A DNA stretch of 64,000 nucleotides from assembly GCA_040235505.1 (NCBI GenBank), contig JBECKW010000017.1, positions 8,139 through 72,138 of the forward strand. Reading direction: 5' to 3'. Made by a program: the position numbers and the translations under genes. Positions 7,541 through 18,030 of this stretch are shown here, piece by piece. Under the pieces are notes generated by a model. It saw only the letters and a list, made by a program, of their open reading frames with translations. It did no database searches and was not told where the DNA came from. The first letter of the stretch is position 1. Every line of letters starts with the position of its first letter. Source of the stretch: Desulfobacterales bacterium (GTDB taxonomy: Bacteria; Desulfobacterota; Desulfobacteria; Desulfobacterales; JAFDDL01).

Positions 7541-9580
7541 TTATGTCGGTTCCAGAACAATGCCTGTGCGGGTCGGTAGATAAAGCTGAAGCGTCTGGAC
7601 ATCGGCATTCTCGGACGCAACGGGCAGGGGATGGTGAACCTGGCCCGGGGTAAGCCGTCCATGGCCGCCGAACTCGGCCGCATCCGAATCGAGAAGCATC
7701 CGATAGGTGCCGCGCGGCACCTGGATGCCATAGCCCGTATACGAGTTCGTCGGATGAAAATTGAAGACAAACAGCAGGCCCTTTCGGTGAAAGGCGATCA
7801 CCTTGTCATCGTTATGTTCATGGAGAAGATACGGCCAGGAAGCCTTCAGAACTTCCCGTTTTTTGACGAGACGGATCATCTCCTTGTCAAACCGGTCCAG
7901 GCATCTGTATTTCAGGTCCGGATTATCCACCAGGTGCCATTGACGCCGGGCGTATTTGTAGGACCAGCCGTTTCCTTCCCTGGGAAAATCAATCCATTCC
8001 GGGTGACCGAATTCGTTTCCCATGAAATTGAGGTATCCATGGCCGGCCGTGGCGATGGTGATGAGCCGGATCATTTTGTGAAGCGCTATTCCCCGGGCCA
8101 CATTCATGTGATCGTCGTCCCGGTGCATGTGCTCGTACATATTCGCGTCGATCAGGCGGAACATCAGGCTCTTGTCTCCCACCAACGCCTGGTCATGGGA
8201 CTCGGCATAGCTGATGGTCCGTTCATCGGATCTCCGGTTGTTGAGTTCAAACCACAGGTGCCCCATGTGCCAGTCCTCATCCCGGGTATCCTTGGTCAGT
8301 TTGATCCAGTGGTCTGGAACTCCCATGGCGAACCGGTAGTCAAATCCGGCGCCGCCGTTATCCGGATGCACGCCCAGGCCGGGCATCCCGCTGACATCTT
8401 CGGCGATGACAACGGCGTCAGGATGAATCGTGTGGATAAGCTTGTTGGCCAGGGTCAGATAGGTCAGTGCCTCCTCATCCACGGACGCATCGAAGTAATC
8501 ATCATAGGAAGTAAACGCCTTGGACAGGCCGTGGTGGGTGTAAAGCATGCTTGTAACCCCGTCGAACCGGAATCCGTCCACCCGGTACTCGTCGAGCCAG
8601 AACCGGCAGTTGGAAAGAAGAAAATGGAGCACCTGGGGTTTTCCGTAATCAAAACACCTGGAATCCCAAGCTCGATGATGCCCCTTTTCCCCCTCATGAA
8701 AATACTGATGGGCGGTTCCGTCAAACCGACCCAACCCCTCGACTTCATTGGAGACCGCATGGGAATGGACCATGTCCATCAGCACCGTCAGGCCGGCACC
8801 ATGGGCGGCGTCAATGAGTGCCTTCAGATCCTCTGGAGGGCCGAACCGGGACGATGCGGCGAAAAAATTAGAAACATGATATCCGAAGGAGCCGTAATAT
8901 GGATGCTGTTGAATGGCCATGAGCTGGAGGGTGTTGTATCCTGCGGAAACGATCCGGGGAAGAACGTTTTCCGTAAACTCCCGGTAGGTGCCGACCCCCT
9001 CCCGGTCCTGGGCCATGCCGACATGGACTTCATACACCAGCGGGGCGTCGCACCCACCGGGGGCGGCGTGTCGCCAACGGTAAGCGTCGGGCGGATCCCA
9101 GACCTGGGCATTAAAAATATGTGTTTCGCCGTCCTGGTGAACCCGCCGGACATAGACCGGAATGCGGTCTCCTTCGCCCCCCTCCCAATGGATCCGCAGC
9201 CGGTAAAGGTCTGCATGTTTCAGCACCTTATCCGGAAGCTCTATTTCCCAAACCCCCTCCGAAGAGATGCGGCGGAGTTCAAACTCGCTTGTTTCCCCCC
9301 AACCTGAAAAGTCTCCCACCAGAAAAACCGTCGTGGCATTCGGAGCCCACTCCCGGAACACCCAGCCGGAGGCTGTCCGGTGAAGTCCAAAAAATTCATG
9401 CCCGGACGCAAACTCGGCCAAGGACATCTTCCCGCCCGTCAACCGATGCTCCGTTTCTTTGACCGCCCGGATCCGGCGAAGCAATGCCTCCGAATAGGGT
9501 GTTAAATATGGATCCTGCCGAAGCAACCGCTTCAACTGCTGCTCACCGTATCGATTTAAATTGGACGCCGTTTTCTTCAT
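7541..9580 (-). CDS. glgB: 1,4-alpha-glucan branching enzyme, eukaryote-type (GH13_8-like)
   Basis: 679 aa. GH13 regions are DMVHSHA, DGFRFDGVTSMLY, IAEDVSG and YAESHDQ. NFMGNEFGHPEWIDFPR resembles the eukaryotic GBE1-type signature. Confidence 0.92.
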   Translation of the reverse strand: MKKTASNLNRYGEQQLKRLLRQDPYLTPYSEALLRRIRAVKETEHRLTGGKMSLAEFASGHEFFGLHRTASGWVFREWAPNATTVFLVGDFSGWGETSEFELRRISSEGVWEIELPDKVLKHADLYRLRIHWEGGEGDRIPVYVRRVHQDGETHIFNAQVWDPPDAYRWRHAAPGGCDAPLVYEVHVGMAQDREGVGTYREFTENVLPRIVSAGYNTLQLMAIQQHPYYGSFGYHVSNFFAASSRFGPPEDLKALIDAAHGAGLTVLMDMVHSHAVSNEVEGLGRFDGTAHQYFHEGEKGHHRAWDSRCFDYGKPQVLHFLLSNCRFWLDEYRVDGFRFDGVTSMLYTHHGLSKAFTSYDDYFDASVDEEALTYLTLANKLIHTIHPDAVVIAEDVSGMPGLGVHPDNGGAGFDYRFAMGVPDHWIKLTKDTRDEDWHMGHLWFELNNRRSDERTISYAESHDQALVGDKSLMFRLIDANMYEHMHRDDDHMNVARGIALHKMIRLITIATAGHGYLNFMGNEFGHPEWIDFPREGNGWSYKYARRQWHLVDNPDLKYRCLDRFDKEMIRLVKKREVLKASWPYLLHEHNDDKVIAFHRKGLLFVFNFHPTNSYTGYGIQVPRGTYRMLLDSDAAEFGGHGRLTPGQVHHPLPVASENADVQTLQLYLPTRTGIVLEPT

Positions 9581-9592
9581 ATAACATCCTCC

Positions 9593-11107
9593 TCACCTCA
9601 CCAACGGCCGATTGAGCATTTTCTCATACAAGTCAATATACTTTTTCGCAGTCACCCCATGCGTGAATATCTCGGCACTCTCTTTCATAATCCTTTCAAT
9701 CTCACGTGCCTTCACCTCCCGGGGCAGGTGGTGAAACGCCATGGCCTGCTCTATTGCCCAGAAAAGTCCCTGCGGGTCCGCGGTGTTAAACAGAAAGCCG
9801 TTTCCCGTGCGCTTCTTCACATCCAAGTGGGCCACGGTGTCATGGATACCGCCGGTGTCATGGGCAACCGGCAGCGCCCCGTATAGAGCCCCGACCATCT
9901 GGGGGAGTCCGCAGGGTTCGAAAAATGAAGGCATCAGGATGAAATCCGCAACACCGTAAGCGAGCCGGGACAGATTTTCCTGAAAATCGGCCACCAGCAC
10001 CCGCTGGTGAATATTGTGAAACCGGACAATGTTGTGAAAATGAATTTTAAAGTCGCCGTTCGCTACAATAACCACCTGCAGGTGGTCGTCCCAGTACCTG
10101 GAAACAACGTCATATAAAATTTCCGCAAGGAGCTGAGAGCCCTTTTGAACCGTATCGAGCCGCGACGGCCAGAAAAAAACCGGGGCTTCCGGATCGAGAA
10201 CCAGCCCCAGATGTTTCTGAAAAAACCTCTTGTTTTCCCGCTTTGCCTCAGCATGATCTTCGGGTCCATAGGTTCGCGCCAGGGCCTTGTCGGTGGTGGG
10301 ATTGTAGGACGGGTCCGGCGCATTCAAAATTCCAGTGGCACACTCGGCATTCCATTTGTTGGAAAGCTCCTGCTGAAGGGAGGGTTCGAAAAACTGATGC
10401 CGGCCTTCCACCACCTCGGCCAGAAAGGTCGAGCTGACCGTATTGACAAAGTGGGCCGCAAAAACACCGCTGCATAGAAAATCCACGGGATTCCATTCCC
10501 GGGTGTCTTCATAGGACCAGGGCATATAACGAAAATAAAGATGCTTCCAGAAAGCGGCGGCATCGATTCCCATATCTTCAATATGGGCAAGGGGTTTTCG
10601 GACCGTGTAGATATTGTGAATGGTGAACAGACAGGGAATATCCATTTCGCGCGCCATGGCGGGCACCAGGCCGGTCATCCAGTCGTTGCAGTGGATGAGA
10701 TCGGGCTGAACCCGGGGGACAATATTGTTGATCACTTCCCGCTGAAACGCCAGGGATATTTTTGCGTTTTCCCATTCATAGCTGGAGTAGACCCGGTCCA
10801 CATAAAAAAACGCCCGATCCTCGGCCAGATGGATCCGCTCCTGGGGCATGGTACCCCGAATGGTTTTCATCTCATTGCGAAGGATCGGAGACAGATGTTC
10901 CGAAAACAAGGTTCGGTAATCCGGAAGCGCCACATGCACATCGGCACCCTGCTGAAACAAGGCGCTGACAAGCGCCGAGGAAACATCCGCAAGACCCCCT
11001 GCCTTGGCCGTCAGGCTGTTTGCGATATTCCCCATGCCGTCCGGCAAATACGTTACTTCCGGTGTGACAATCAATATCCTCGGATTTTTTTTATTATTTA
11101 CCGCCAT
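9593..11107 (-). CDS. glgA: Glycogen/starch synthase (GT5-like)
   Basis: 504 aa. ILIVTPEVTYLP...KAGGLADVSSALVSAL matches the N-terminal KTGGL-type motif, and LMPSFFEPCGLPQM matches the C-terminal GT-B block. Lies 12 nt upstream of glgB. Confidence 0.85.
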   Translation of the reverse strand: MAVNNKKNPRILIVTPEVTYLPDGMGNIANSLTAKAGGLADVSSALVSALFQQGADVHVALPDYRTLFSEHLSPILRNEMKTIRGTMPQERIHLAEDRAFFYVDRVYSSYEWENAKISLAFQREVINNIVPRVQPDLIHCNDWMTGLVPAMAREMDIPCLFTIHNIYTVRKPLAHIEDMGIDAAAFWKHLYFRYMPWSYEDTREWNPVDFLCSGVFAAHFVNTVSSTFLAEVVEGRHQFFEPSLQQELSNKWNAECATGILNAPDPSYNPTTDKALARTYGPEDHAEAKRENKRFFQKHLGLVLDPEAPVFFWPSRLDTVQKGSQLLAEILYDVVSRYWDDHLQVVIVANGDFKIHFHNIVRFHNIHQRVLVADFQENLSRLAYGVADFILMPSFFEPCGLPQMVGALYGALPVAHDTGGIHDTVAHLDVKKRTGNGFLFNTADPQGLFWAIEQAMAFHHLPREVKAREIERIMKESAEIFTHGVTAKKYIDLYEKMLNRPLVR

Positions 11108-11122
11108 CGACTGATCCTTGAA

Positions 11123-13675
11123 TTATTTGGGCCAGGTGATAAACCCCGGACTGTTTTTTATCCAATGGTCCGCCCGGGGCGTTACCCGGGCGGTGAACCC
11201 GAAACGACCCGACAAACCGCAGGAAATCCTGCAACCATAGAGATATCTTCCTCCACCAAGATCTTTTTCCACCGTCATGCTCTCGGCGCGTCCCTCCGAA
11301 AGCGAATTAAAGGTTTTCACGTGTCCGTAATACAGTTCCACATCGACTTCGTCGGGAATCAGCTGTCCAAGAAAAACCCGAACGGTGGCATAAAATTCGT
11401 CCCCCACCCGGAAAGGTCCTTCCTCGTCCCGAACCGGCTGTTCAATCCGGACGTTTCTCCACAGAGAGCGGATTCGTTCCGATTGCTTGACCAGTTCCCT
11501 GGCCTGCCAGGCATCTTTTTCCAGCAATCCGGCATGCCGGCGGGCTGCCGGCCGGTAGAACCGTTTTTCGTATTCATCCACCATTCGATATCCACTGTAT
11601 TCCCTGAGGGCGATTTTCATGGATTCCTTCATCATCTTCAGCCACCGCTCCGGCGGTTCCCCGCCCTTTCTTTCATAAAAGGAGGGGACCACTTCGTTTT
11701 CGAGGATATTATAAAGCGCCTGACTTTCCACGGCATCCTGGTAGGCCGGATCCTGATATTCAGTTCCGTCGCCGATGGCCCATCCCCGGCCTGGGGCATA
11801 TCCCTCGCACCACCAACCGTCCAGGACGCTGACATTCAAGACACCGTTCAGGGCCGCTTTCATACCGGACGTACCGCACGCCTCCAGGGGACGCCGGGGG
11901 GTGTTGAGCCAGACATCGGCCCCCTGAACCAGGTACTTCGAAAGACGCATATCGTAATTTTCCAGAAAAATAACCCGATGCCCCAGTTTTTCCTGCCGAA
12001 TGAAGTTAATGAGCTGCTGGATCAGCATTTTTCCGTCATGATCCTTTGGATGGGCTTTTCCCGCAAAAATAATCTGTATCGGCCGCGTTTCCGATCGAAG
12101 CAGATCCTTCAGACGCTTGGGATCCTGAAGCAATAGATGCGCCCGCTTATACACCGCAAACCGCCTGGCAAAGGCAATGGTGAGAACCCCTTGATCCAGA
12201 ACGGAGCCGGCCGCTTCCATCGTGGCTTTGGGGGCGTTTCGCTGCCCGTACTGTCTGACCATCAGTTCCCGGCATATCCGTATCAGGCGGGATCGACATA
12301 TCTCATGGGCGTGCCACAGTTCCTCATCATAAATCTCGTCGATTCGGTCTATGAAGGCCCCGTTTTTCTTCATCAGATGCCATTCCGGCCCAAGGTTTCT
12401 TTCCAGCAGGGCGGCGTTCTCGTGGGAGATCCAGGTGGCCGAATGTACTCCATTGGTCAGATGTGAAATCGGCACCTCGTCCTCGGGAAGCTCCGGCCAC
12501 AAGTGAGACCACATTCTACGGGCCACGTGACCATGCAGCCGGCTCACCCCGTTGCAGTATTCGGCCATGCGAAGCCCCAGCACGAACATGGACACCGGTG
12601 TTGACGGCCCGCTTCCCCTGGGCTGACCCCAGGACAAAATATCCTCCGCTGTTGTGTTCAGCCGTTTCTCCAGAGGAAGGATGTAGGGGCGGATCATCTC
12701 CACGGGAAATTCGTCATGCCCGGCGGAAACCGGCGTATGGGTCGTGAACACGGTACTCCGGGGCACCACCTGAAGTGCGGTCTTCAGATCGACGTTGTCG
12801 GTCTCCATGGTTTGGGCCAGGCGTTCGAGGCTGGAGAACGCGGAATGCCCCTCGTTCATATGACAAACCACAGGTCGAATACCCATGGCCGAGAGGGCCC
12901 GAATCCCCCCGATGCCCAGCACCATTTCCTGGGCAAGGCGTATTTTCGAATCGCCTTCGTAGAGACGGGCCGTGATATCCCGCAGTTCCTTCGGGTTTTC
13001 GCTGATATGGGTGTCAAGCAAATAGAGCGGAATCCTGCCCACCGGAACTTCCCATACAACGACTTGCACCGTCCCCATGGGGCTTTCGATGGAAACCAGG
13101 ACTTCTTTTCCGTCCGCCGCTTTTGCCCGCTTGATGGGCAGATAGAACAGATCCGTTTCCGGGTATGCTTCCTGCTGCCATCCATCCTGATTCAAATACT
13201 GCTCGAAGTATCCCTGGCGGTATAAAAGTCCAAGGCCCACCAGCGGAAGCTTTTTGTCCGAAGCCGCCTTGAGGTGATCCCCGGCGAGTACCCCCAGCCC
13301 GCCAGCAAAAAGCGGCAGACTTTCATGGAGCCCGAATTCCATCGAGAAGTATGCGATGGTGCCGTTTCTGTCGAACAGCCCAGCCGGTGTTGCCCCCTCA
13401 CTCTTTATATCCTGATCAAAACTTTTCTTTACCCATTCCAGGTGAGCCAGAAAACCGTTATCTTCCGCCAGCTGTTCCAATTGCGCCTGGGATAAAAGGG
13501 TCGAAAACCGGATCGGATTGCCGCCGGCCTGATCCCAAAGCTTTGGATCGATACGCCGGAAAAGTTCTTTGGCATCCCAGTGCCAGGTCCACCAGAGGTT
13601 TCTCGATAGTGTGGAGAGAAACCTCAAGTTTTCGGGTAGATATGGAAAAACTTGAAATGTCTGTAGATGGCTCAT
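11123..13675 (-). CDS. glgP: Alpha-glucan phosphorylase (GT35, with DUF3417-type N-terminus)
   Basis: 850 aa. EACGTSGMKAALNG carries the PLP lysine block. The N-terminus LPENLRFLSTLSRNLWWTWHWDAKELFRRIDPKLW is typical of the alpha-glucan phosphorylase clade. Confidence 0.9.
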   Translation of the reverse strand: MSHLQTFQVFPYLPENLRFLSTLSRNLWWTWHWDAKELFRRIDPKLWDQAGGNPIRFSTLLSQAQLEQLAEDNGFLAHLEWVKKSFDQDIKSEGATPAGLFDRNGTIAYFSMEFGLHESLPLFAGGLGVLAGDHLKAASDKKLPLVGLGLLYRQGYFEQYLNQDGWQQEAYPETDLFYLPIKRAKAADGKEVLVSIESPMGTVQVVVWEVPVGRIPLYLLDTHISENPKELRDITARLYEGDSKIRLAQEMVLGIGGIRALSAMGIRPVVCHMNEGHSAFSSLERLAQTMETDNVDLKTALQVVPRSTVFTTHTPVSAGHDEFPVEMIRPYILPLEKRLNTTAEDILSWGQPRGSGPSTPVSMFVLGLRMAEYCNGVSRLHGHVARRMWSHLWPELPEDEVPISHLTNGVHSATWISHENAALLERNLGPEWHLMKKNGAFIDRIDEIYDEELWHAHEICRSRLIRICRELMVRQYGQRNAPKATMEAAGSVLDQGVLTIAFARRFAVYKRAHLLLQDPKRLKDLLRSETRPIQIIFAGKAHPKDHDGKMLIQQLINFIRQEKLGHRVIFLENYDMRLSKYLVQGADVWLNTPRRPLEACGTSGMKAALNGVLNVSVLDGWWCEGYAPGRGWAIGDGTEYQDPAYQDAVESQALYNILENEVVPSFYERKGGEPPERWLKMMKESMKIALREYSGYRMVDEYEKRFYRPAARRHAGLLEKDAWQARELVKQSERIRSLWRNVRIEQPVRDEEGPFRVGDEFYATVRVFLGQLIPDEVDVELYYGHVKTFNSLSEGRAESMTVEKDLGGGRYLYGCRISCGLSGRFGFTARVTPRADHWIKNSPGFITWPK

Positions 13676-13690
13676 GACGGAAGCCTCCCT

Positions 13691-16600
13691 TTATAATTGT
13701 TTCAACATCAGCCGCACTCGCAAAAGTTCGCTCACGCTCCATGCCTGGGCATCGCAGCCGCGCTGTTGGTGGGGCACGTCCCCGTCCAGAATTTCCGGAA
13801 TCTGCCCCAGACAGCCTTCCGACATTAATCGAACGCTGCTGCAAAGCCAGGCGCCGGCTGTCGCGGCGGCCAAGGGGCCATAGGTCATGACCCACGCCTC
13901 GCAGAAACCTGGCAGGAGCCAGGCCCAGGCGGTGCCGTTGTGGTAAGCGGGTTTTCTTCCGGTATCTTCATCTCCGAGATAAACCCCCCTGTATGGATTC
14001 AGCGGATCATTGAGAGCCGTTCCATGGTGCAGGATGGGGAGTGGGCGCTTTACCGGCCGGTCCGCCAGGCTTCGTACTGCTCCCGGAACCAGAAGCTCCT
14101 GGCAGGCGTCCAGGATTCTCCGACACAGATCGCTGTCCGTAACCGCTCCCAGCGTAATGGCCAGAAGCTGGTTCGGCCGCAGGTAGTCATCGGCGTCTGC
14201 CTTACCGGCGGTTTCGCCGCCGGGGGCGTGCAGACAGTCGGCCAAATATCCGCGCTCCGGTAGGAAAAAGAGTTTCCGGATGGCAGCACGAACCTTTTCG
14301 AGCAACTCTCGCCAAGGGCCCTGCTTCTGCTGCGGATCGATTCGGGAAAGAAAAGAAAGGGCATGGCACCACAATGCCTGAATTTCGATGGGATACCCTT
14401 CCCGGGGCGTTCCGGCCGGAAAATTGGTGTCCATCCAGGTAAAGTGGGCGGGACTGAAGATGAGCCCCGTTTCCCCATCCATCCGGACTCCGTTTTCGGT
14501 TCCGGCCATATAGCCGGCTGCAATGGAAAAAAGAACTTCCCGAATGGTTCTGCGCCCCACCCGGGTATCGACAAACCGAAAGGACGCTTCCTTCTCCACC
14601 ATGTCCCGGCATCCCACAAAGAACCACAGGGGAGCATCGGAAGTGTCCCGGTTTGAAACGTTACTTCCTGCGATCATGTTCGGCAGCATGCCGCCTTTTT
14701 CAAACTGCCCGAACTGACGTAAAACCGACCGGGCATCGGAAAGACGGCCGGCCGCCACAAGGCCCCGGACCACAATCAGCGAATCCCGGCCCCAGTCTAG
14801 AAACCAGGGATATCCGGCAATGATGGATTTAAGCCCCCCCCGACGAACCACAAACTGCCCCAGGGCCCGCTCCAGCGCCTCGTCCATGGGAAACGACGAG
14901 GGCAGGCCGTAGAGAGATTCTTCGGAAAGCCCGGAAATGTCCTGGTTCGGCGGTTGCTGTTCATCGCCCGAACCCACGCGGGCGGTCAATACTACCGGCC
15001 GACCACCCGAAAGTGTCGCTGTGAAATATCCCGGACTGAACAGATCCGAATCCGGGTCATACCCCCGCCGGCTGTCGCCGGGCCGATGTACCATATACTG
15101 CCATTCGGGCTCCGAAACAAACCGGCTGCCCGGAGAAAAGACCGCCAACCGGCAATCGGGCTCCGGCGTAAAAAGAAAACCCTCCGGGCGCGGCGACACC
15201 GCCTGTTTCCAGGCATTTTCCGGCCCGAGGTATGCCTTTGTCGTGGAATGAAAGTTTCTGCTTTCAACATCGGGGCGAATGATCAGGCGAACCGGGTACT
15301 GATCGTCAAGCCTTCCGTCGCGCCCTTCCGCAGGATGCCGGTAGAAAAGAAGTCTTACGGAATTTTCTTCTTTCGCCATTTCCGCGCGAATCGTCAGCCG
15401 CACATGCTCTCCCTGTCCCGTGGGCACGTGAAACCGCCACAGGCCCCGTCCCTCCATGTCCAAATGAAAGGTATGAAAGGTGTCGAAGCAAAGCTCCTGG
15501 GAAAAGGCCTGATAAACGATCCAGCAACGGCACCGGGCAAGCATGATCCACCGGTCTTCGGGATACTTCGGGTTTCGGTTGGCGGCTAAAAGCGCATCAT
15601 ACCTGCTTTCGAGGCGTCCCCAGACAAGGGGGGCCCTGAGCATGCCGCCCAGACGGTTGGTGGCCAGGTAGCTGCGGGAAGAGAATAGAAGATCGCCGCG
15701 GCCCAGAAGAGTGGGTATCTGCAGTTTTTCCGGCTCTGGCAGATAGAGCAAGGGCGCGATAACATGGCGGCAATCCGGGCTTGAAAAAATCGATAATCTC
15801 AAGGACCGTTGCCGCAATCCGGCGGAAGGCGGCAGGGGCGAGAAGATTGCAAACCAGGAGCCGTCGGCCGCCGGCAGACTTTCTTCTTTGACAAGCGTTT
15901 TTTCTTCTTCCGTAATGCGCGCCTGGAAGGAAGTGTCGGCGGTTACCAGAAGAAAATGCCCGGGGGGAATCATTATTTCCCGCTTCATATCCCGGGGCCA
16001 GCACCAAGCGATAAAGCCCGGCTGGGGGGAAAGTTTGCCCTGCTTCCGGCAGTACGCCTTTGGATCGTGGTGGAGTTCTTCAGCTTCATTTTCCGGGTCA
16101 ACGTCTCCCACATCCGCTATCGTCAAACCGCCGCAACGAATTTCCAGCGCCTTTGCACGAAGCTGCTGACGTACGATTCTGGGAATCAGCCCCGGCTGAT
16201 ATCGCTCCTGAATATCCAGGTACTTCAGATCCTCAGGCTCCTGCGTCAGGCACAGGACCCGGCCGGGGGCGAGCTTACAGGCGGGCTTTCCCCCGCGGCG
16301 GACTGGGGTGACGGTTTCCCGGGTCAGAAGATCGGTCAGCGGCCGGGTGCCGGGATCGAACACGCTCCCGTCCCATGCGGCCTCTGTTTCCTTCGTGTCA
16401 TCCAGGTTGGCCAGAATCAGAAGCTCTTTGCCCGATGGCCGGTGGCGACGAAAAAGCGCCACATGGTTCCCGGTGCCTTTCTGCACCAGCGAGAGCTGGG
16501 TGCGATCATGAAACGCCGGATGGTTCCTTAAAAGCGTTGCCAGCAGGCCGATGGTCGAAACTTGGTTTTCCGATGCCCCCCAGTTAAGGCCCGGGGCATC

Positions 16601-17977
16601 GTGCACATTGATCTTTTCGGTGGCAAACCACTCCACACCGTTGGCAAACCCGAAGGCGCCGTAAGGTGCAAACAGGGCGCAAAGATCGGTTCGGAGCTTG
16701 GCCCAGGTTTTCGATTTTGCCGCCAGTCGCGGGTTGTCATGGGTTTCTGCAAAATGCACCATGATGCCCATCGTCTCGGCACTCTCGTTGGCTCCGGGCA
16801 GGTAGGTCTCGATCTGGGCCCGGTCGTAATTCTGAAACAGCTCCGAGTATGCCCAGTTGAAATTTCCTTCGTCCAGAAGGCGCTGCGTCACCGAAACCTT
16901 GCCGCCGAGCCCTTCGAGCAGAAAAATCGTGTCGGGGTACCGATCACGGATCATTGCAATGATAAACCGCCAGGCCTCCAGGGGAATCATGTATCCTGCA
17001 TCGCAGCGAAAGCCGTCCACCCCGCGGCGGCACCATGTCAGAAAAACATCCGCCATGTATTGCCAGAGATCCTTCTTCCGGTAATCGAGTTTGGTCAGAT
17101 CCGCCCACTCCACGCCCCAGGCGCCCGGCACTTCAATGCGGCCGTCCGCCCCCCGTGAAAGCCACTCGGGATGTGTCTCATGAAGATCCGCAGCCCAGCC
17201 GGTATGATTAATGGCGATATCCAGAATCAGCTTTCCATGTCGCTGGTGCACGGCGTCGAGCAGTTCGATAAACTGCTCCAGGGGGGTTGCATGGGGGTCA
17301 AATGCAGCCAGTGCCGGATCAACGGTCGTAAAACTCAAGGCCGCATACGGACTTCCAAACCGGCCCATGCGCGCATATGTGGTGGGGGTGGGGTGAATCG
17401 GAAGCAGCTGCAGATAGCGGCATCCGAGGGTTCCGATGATAAAATCGAGCTGGCTGGCCAGATCCCGAAACGTCCCGGAAGGGGGAATCACCGTATACCC
17501 GGCCTGGTCCAGGGCGGATATATCCGAGCTCAGCGCCGTCCGGTCCTTGAATCCGGGCTCTCCGGCCGCTCCGAATTGCCGTACAAAGGCATTGTAAAGA
17601 ATATTGGCACAACAGGTATGGGCCGGCTCAACATTCAACACCGTATTGGACCCGGAAGGCCAGACCGGATCCGAGGCCCCCTCGGGAAGAAAATAGCATT
17701 TTGCTTCAAAATGACCCACTTCGAGAAGCGGCACCACCACTTCAAAACGACCGCCGCCCAGGCTTCGCATGGGAACATCGAACCAATCGAGACCGAGGGG
17801 CGGAAGTTCTTCCTGAACCGACCGGATAATCTCCGCACGGATTTGAACCGCGTGACCGATATTGGTGCGAAGCCTTGCAGTTCCGGCATATTCTTCCGGC
17901 AGATGCAGATGAAACTTCTGCACATCTCCCCGAAAACGAAGCAAATGCGCACCGGGTGCGGGATACTGTTGGATCAC
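13691..17977 (-). CDS. Fusion protein: N-terminal GH13 alpha-amylase-family catalytic module + C-terminal archaeal/bacterial-type glycogen debranching enzyme (GDE_N + amylo-alpha-1,6-glucosidase, GH133-like)
   Basis: 1428 aa, GTG start. The N-terminal half has all four GH13 regions (LDIAINHTG, GVDGFRCDAGY, IFLLEGLGG, FAETHDN). The C-terminal half has GYPWFLDWGRDSLIVVRGL and YHNGTAWAWLLPGF, typical of amylo-1,6-glucosidase (GDE_C). Confidence 0.85.
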   Translation of the reverse strand: MIQQYPAPGAHLLRFRGDVQKFHLHLPEEYAGTARLRTNIGHAVQIRAEIIRSVQEELPPLGLDWFDVPMRSLGGGRFEVVVPLLEVGHFEAKCYFLPEGASDPVWPSGSNTVLNVEPAHTCCANILYNAFVRQFGAAGEPGFKDRTALSSDISALDQAGYTVIPPSGTFRDLASQLDFIIGTLGCRYLQLLPIHPTPTTYARMGRFGSPYAALSFTTVDPALAAFDPHATPLEQFIELLDAVHQRHGKLILDIAINHTGWAADLHETHPEWLSRGADGRIEVPGAWGVEWADLTKLDYRKKDLWQYMADVFLTWCRRGVDGFRCDAGYMIPLEAWRFIIAMIRDRYPDTIFLLEGLGGKVSVTQRLLDEGNFNWAYSELFQNYDRAQIETYLPGANESAETMGIMVHFAETHDNPRLAAKSKTWAKLRTDLCALFAPYGAFGFANGVEWFATEKINVHDAPGLNWGASENQVSTIGLLATLLRNHPAFHDRTQLSLVQKGTGNHVALFRRHRPSGKELLILANLDDTKETEAAWDGSVFDPGTRPLTDLLTRETVTPVRRGGKPACKLAPGRVLCLTQEPEDLKYLDIQERYQPGLIPRIVRQQLRAKALEIRCGGLTIADVGDVDPENEAEELHHDPKAYCRKQGKLSPQPGFIAWCWPRDMKREIMIPPGHFLLVTADTSFQARITEEEKTLVKEESLPAADGSWFAIFSPLPPSAGLRQRSLRLSIFSSPDCRHVIAPLLYLPEPEKLQIPTLLGRGDLLFSSRSYLATNRLGGMLRAPLVWGRLESRYDALLAANRNPKYPEDRWIMLARCRCWIVYQAFSQELCFDTFHTFHLDMEGRGLWRFHVPTGQGEHVRLTIRAEMAKEENSVRLLFYRHPAEGRDGRLDDQYPVRLIIRPDVESRNFHSTTKAYLGPENAWKQAVSPRPEGFLFTPEPDCRLAVFSPGSRFVSEPEWQYMVHRPGDSRRGYDPDSDLFSPGYFTATLSGGRPVVLTARVGSGDEQQPPNQDISGLSEESLYGLPSSFPMDEALERALGQFVVRRGGLKSIIAGYPWFLDWGRDSLIVVRGLVAAGRLSDARSVLRQFGQFEKGGMLPNMIAGSNVSNRDTSDAPLWFFVGCRDMVEKEASFRFVDTRVGRRTIREVLFSIAAGYMAGTENGVRMDGETGLIFSPAHFTWMDTNFPAGTPREGYPIEIQALWCHALSFLSRIDPQQKQGPWRELLEKVRAAIRKLFFLPERGYLADCLHAPGGETAGKADADDYLRPNQLLAITLGAVTDSDLCRRILDACQELLVPGAVRSLADRPVKRPLPILHHGTALNDPLNPYRGVYLGDEDTGRKPAYHNGTAWAWLLPGFCEAWVMTYGPLAAATAGAWLCSSVRLMSEGCLGQIPEILDGDVPHQQRGCDAQAWSVSELLRVRLMLKQL

Positions 17978-18030
17978 GACAAGAAGCTCCTTGATAAAAA
18001 AAACGCCTTCGGGGCTCTGGAGAGGCCTGA

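Noticed and set aside
7631-9307. 558-aa plus-strand ORF antisense to glgB. Similar long antisense ORFs lie at 10541-12136, 17171-18151, 21101-22039, 27098-28042, 29015-30244, 32055-33263 and 45350-46294.
   Set aside because: Each lies entirely opposite a gene with clear family motifs. Their products are Arg/Gly/Pro/His-rich with no recognisable domains. These are typical shadow ORFs of moderately GC-rich coding DNA.
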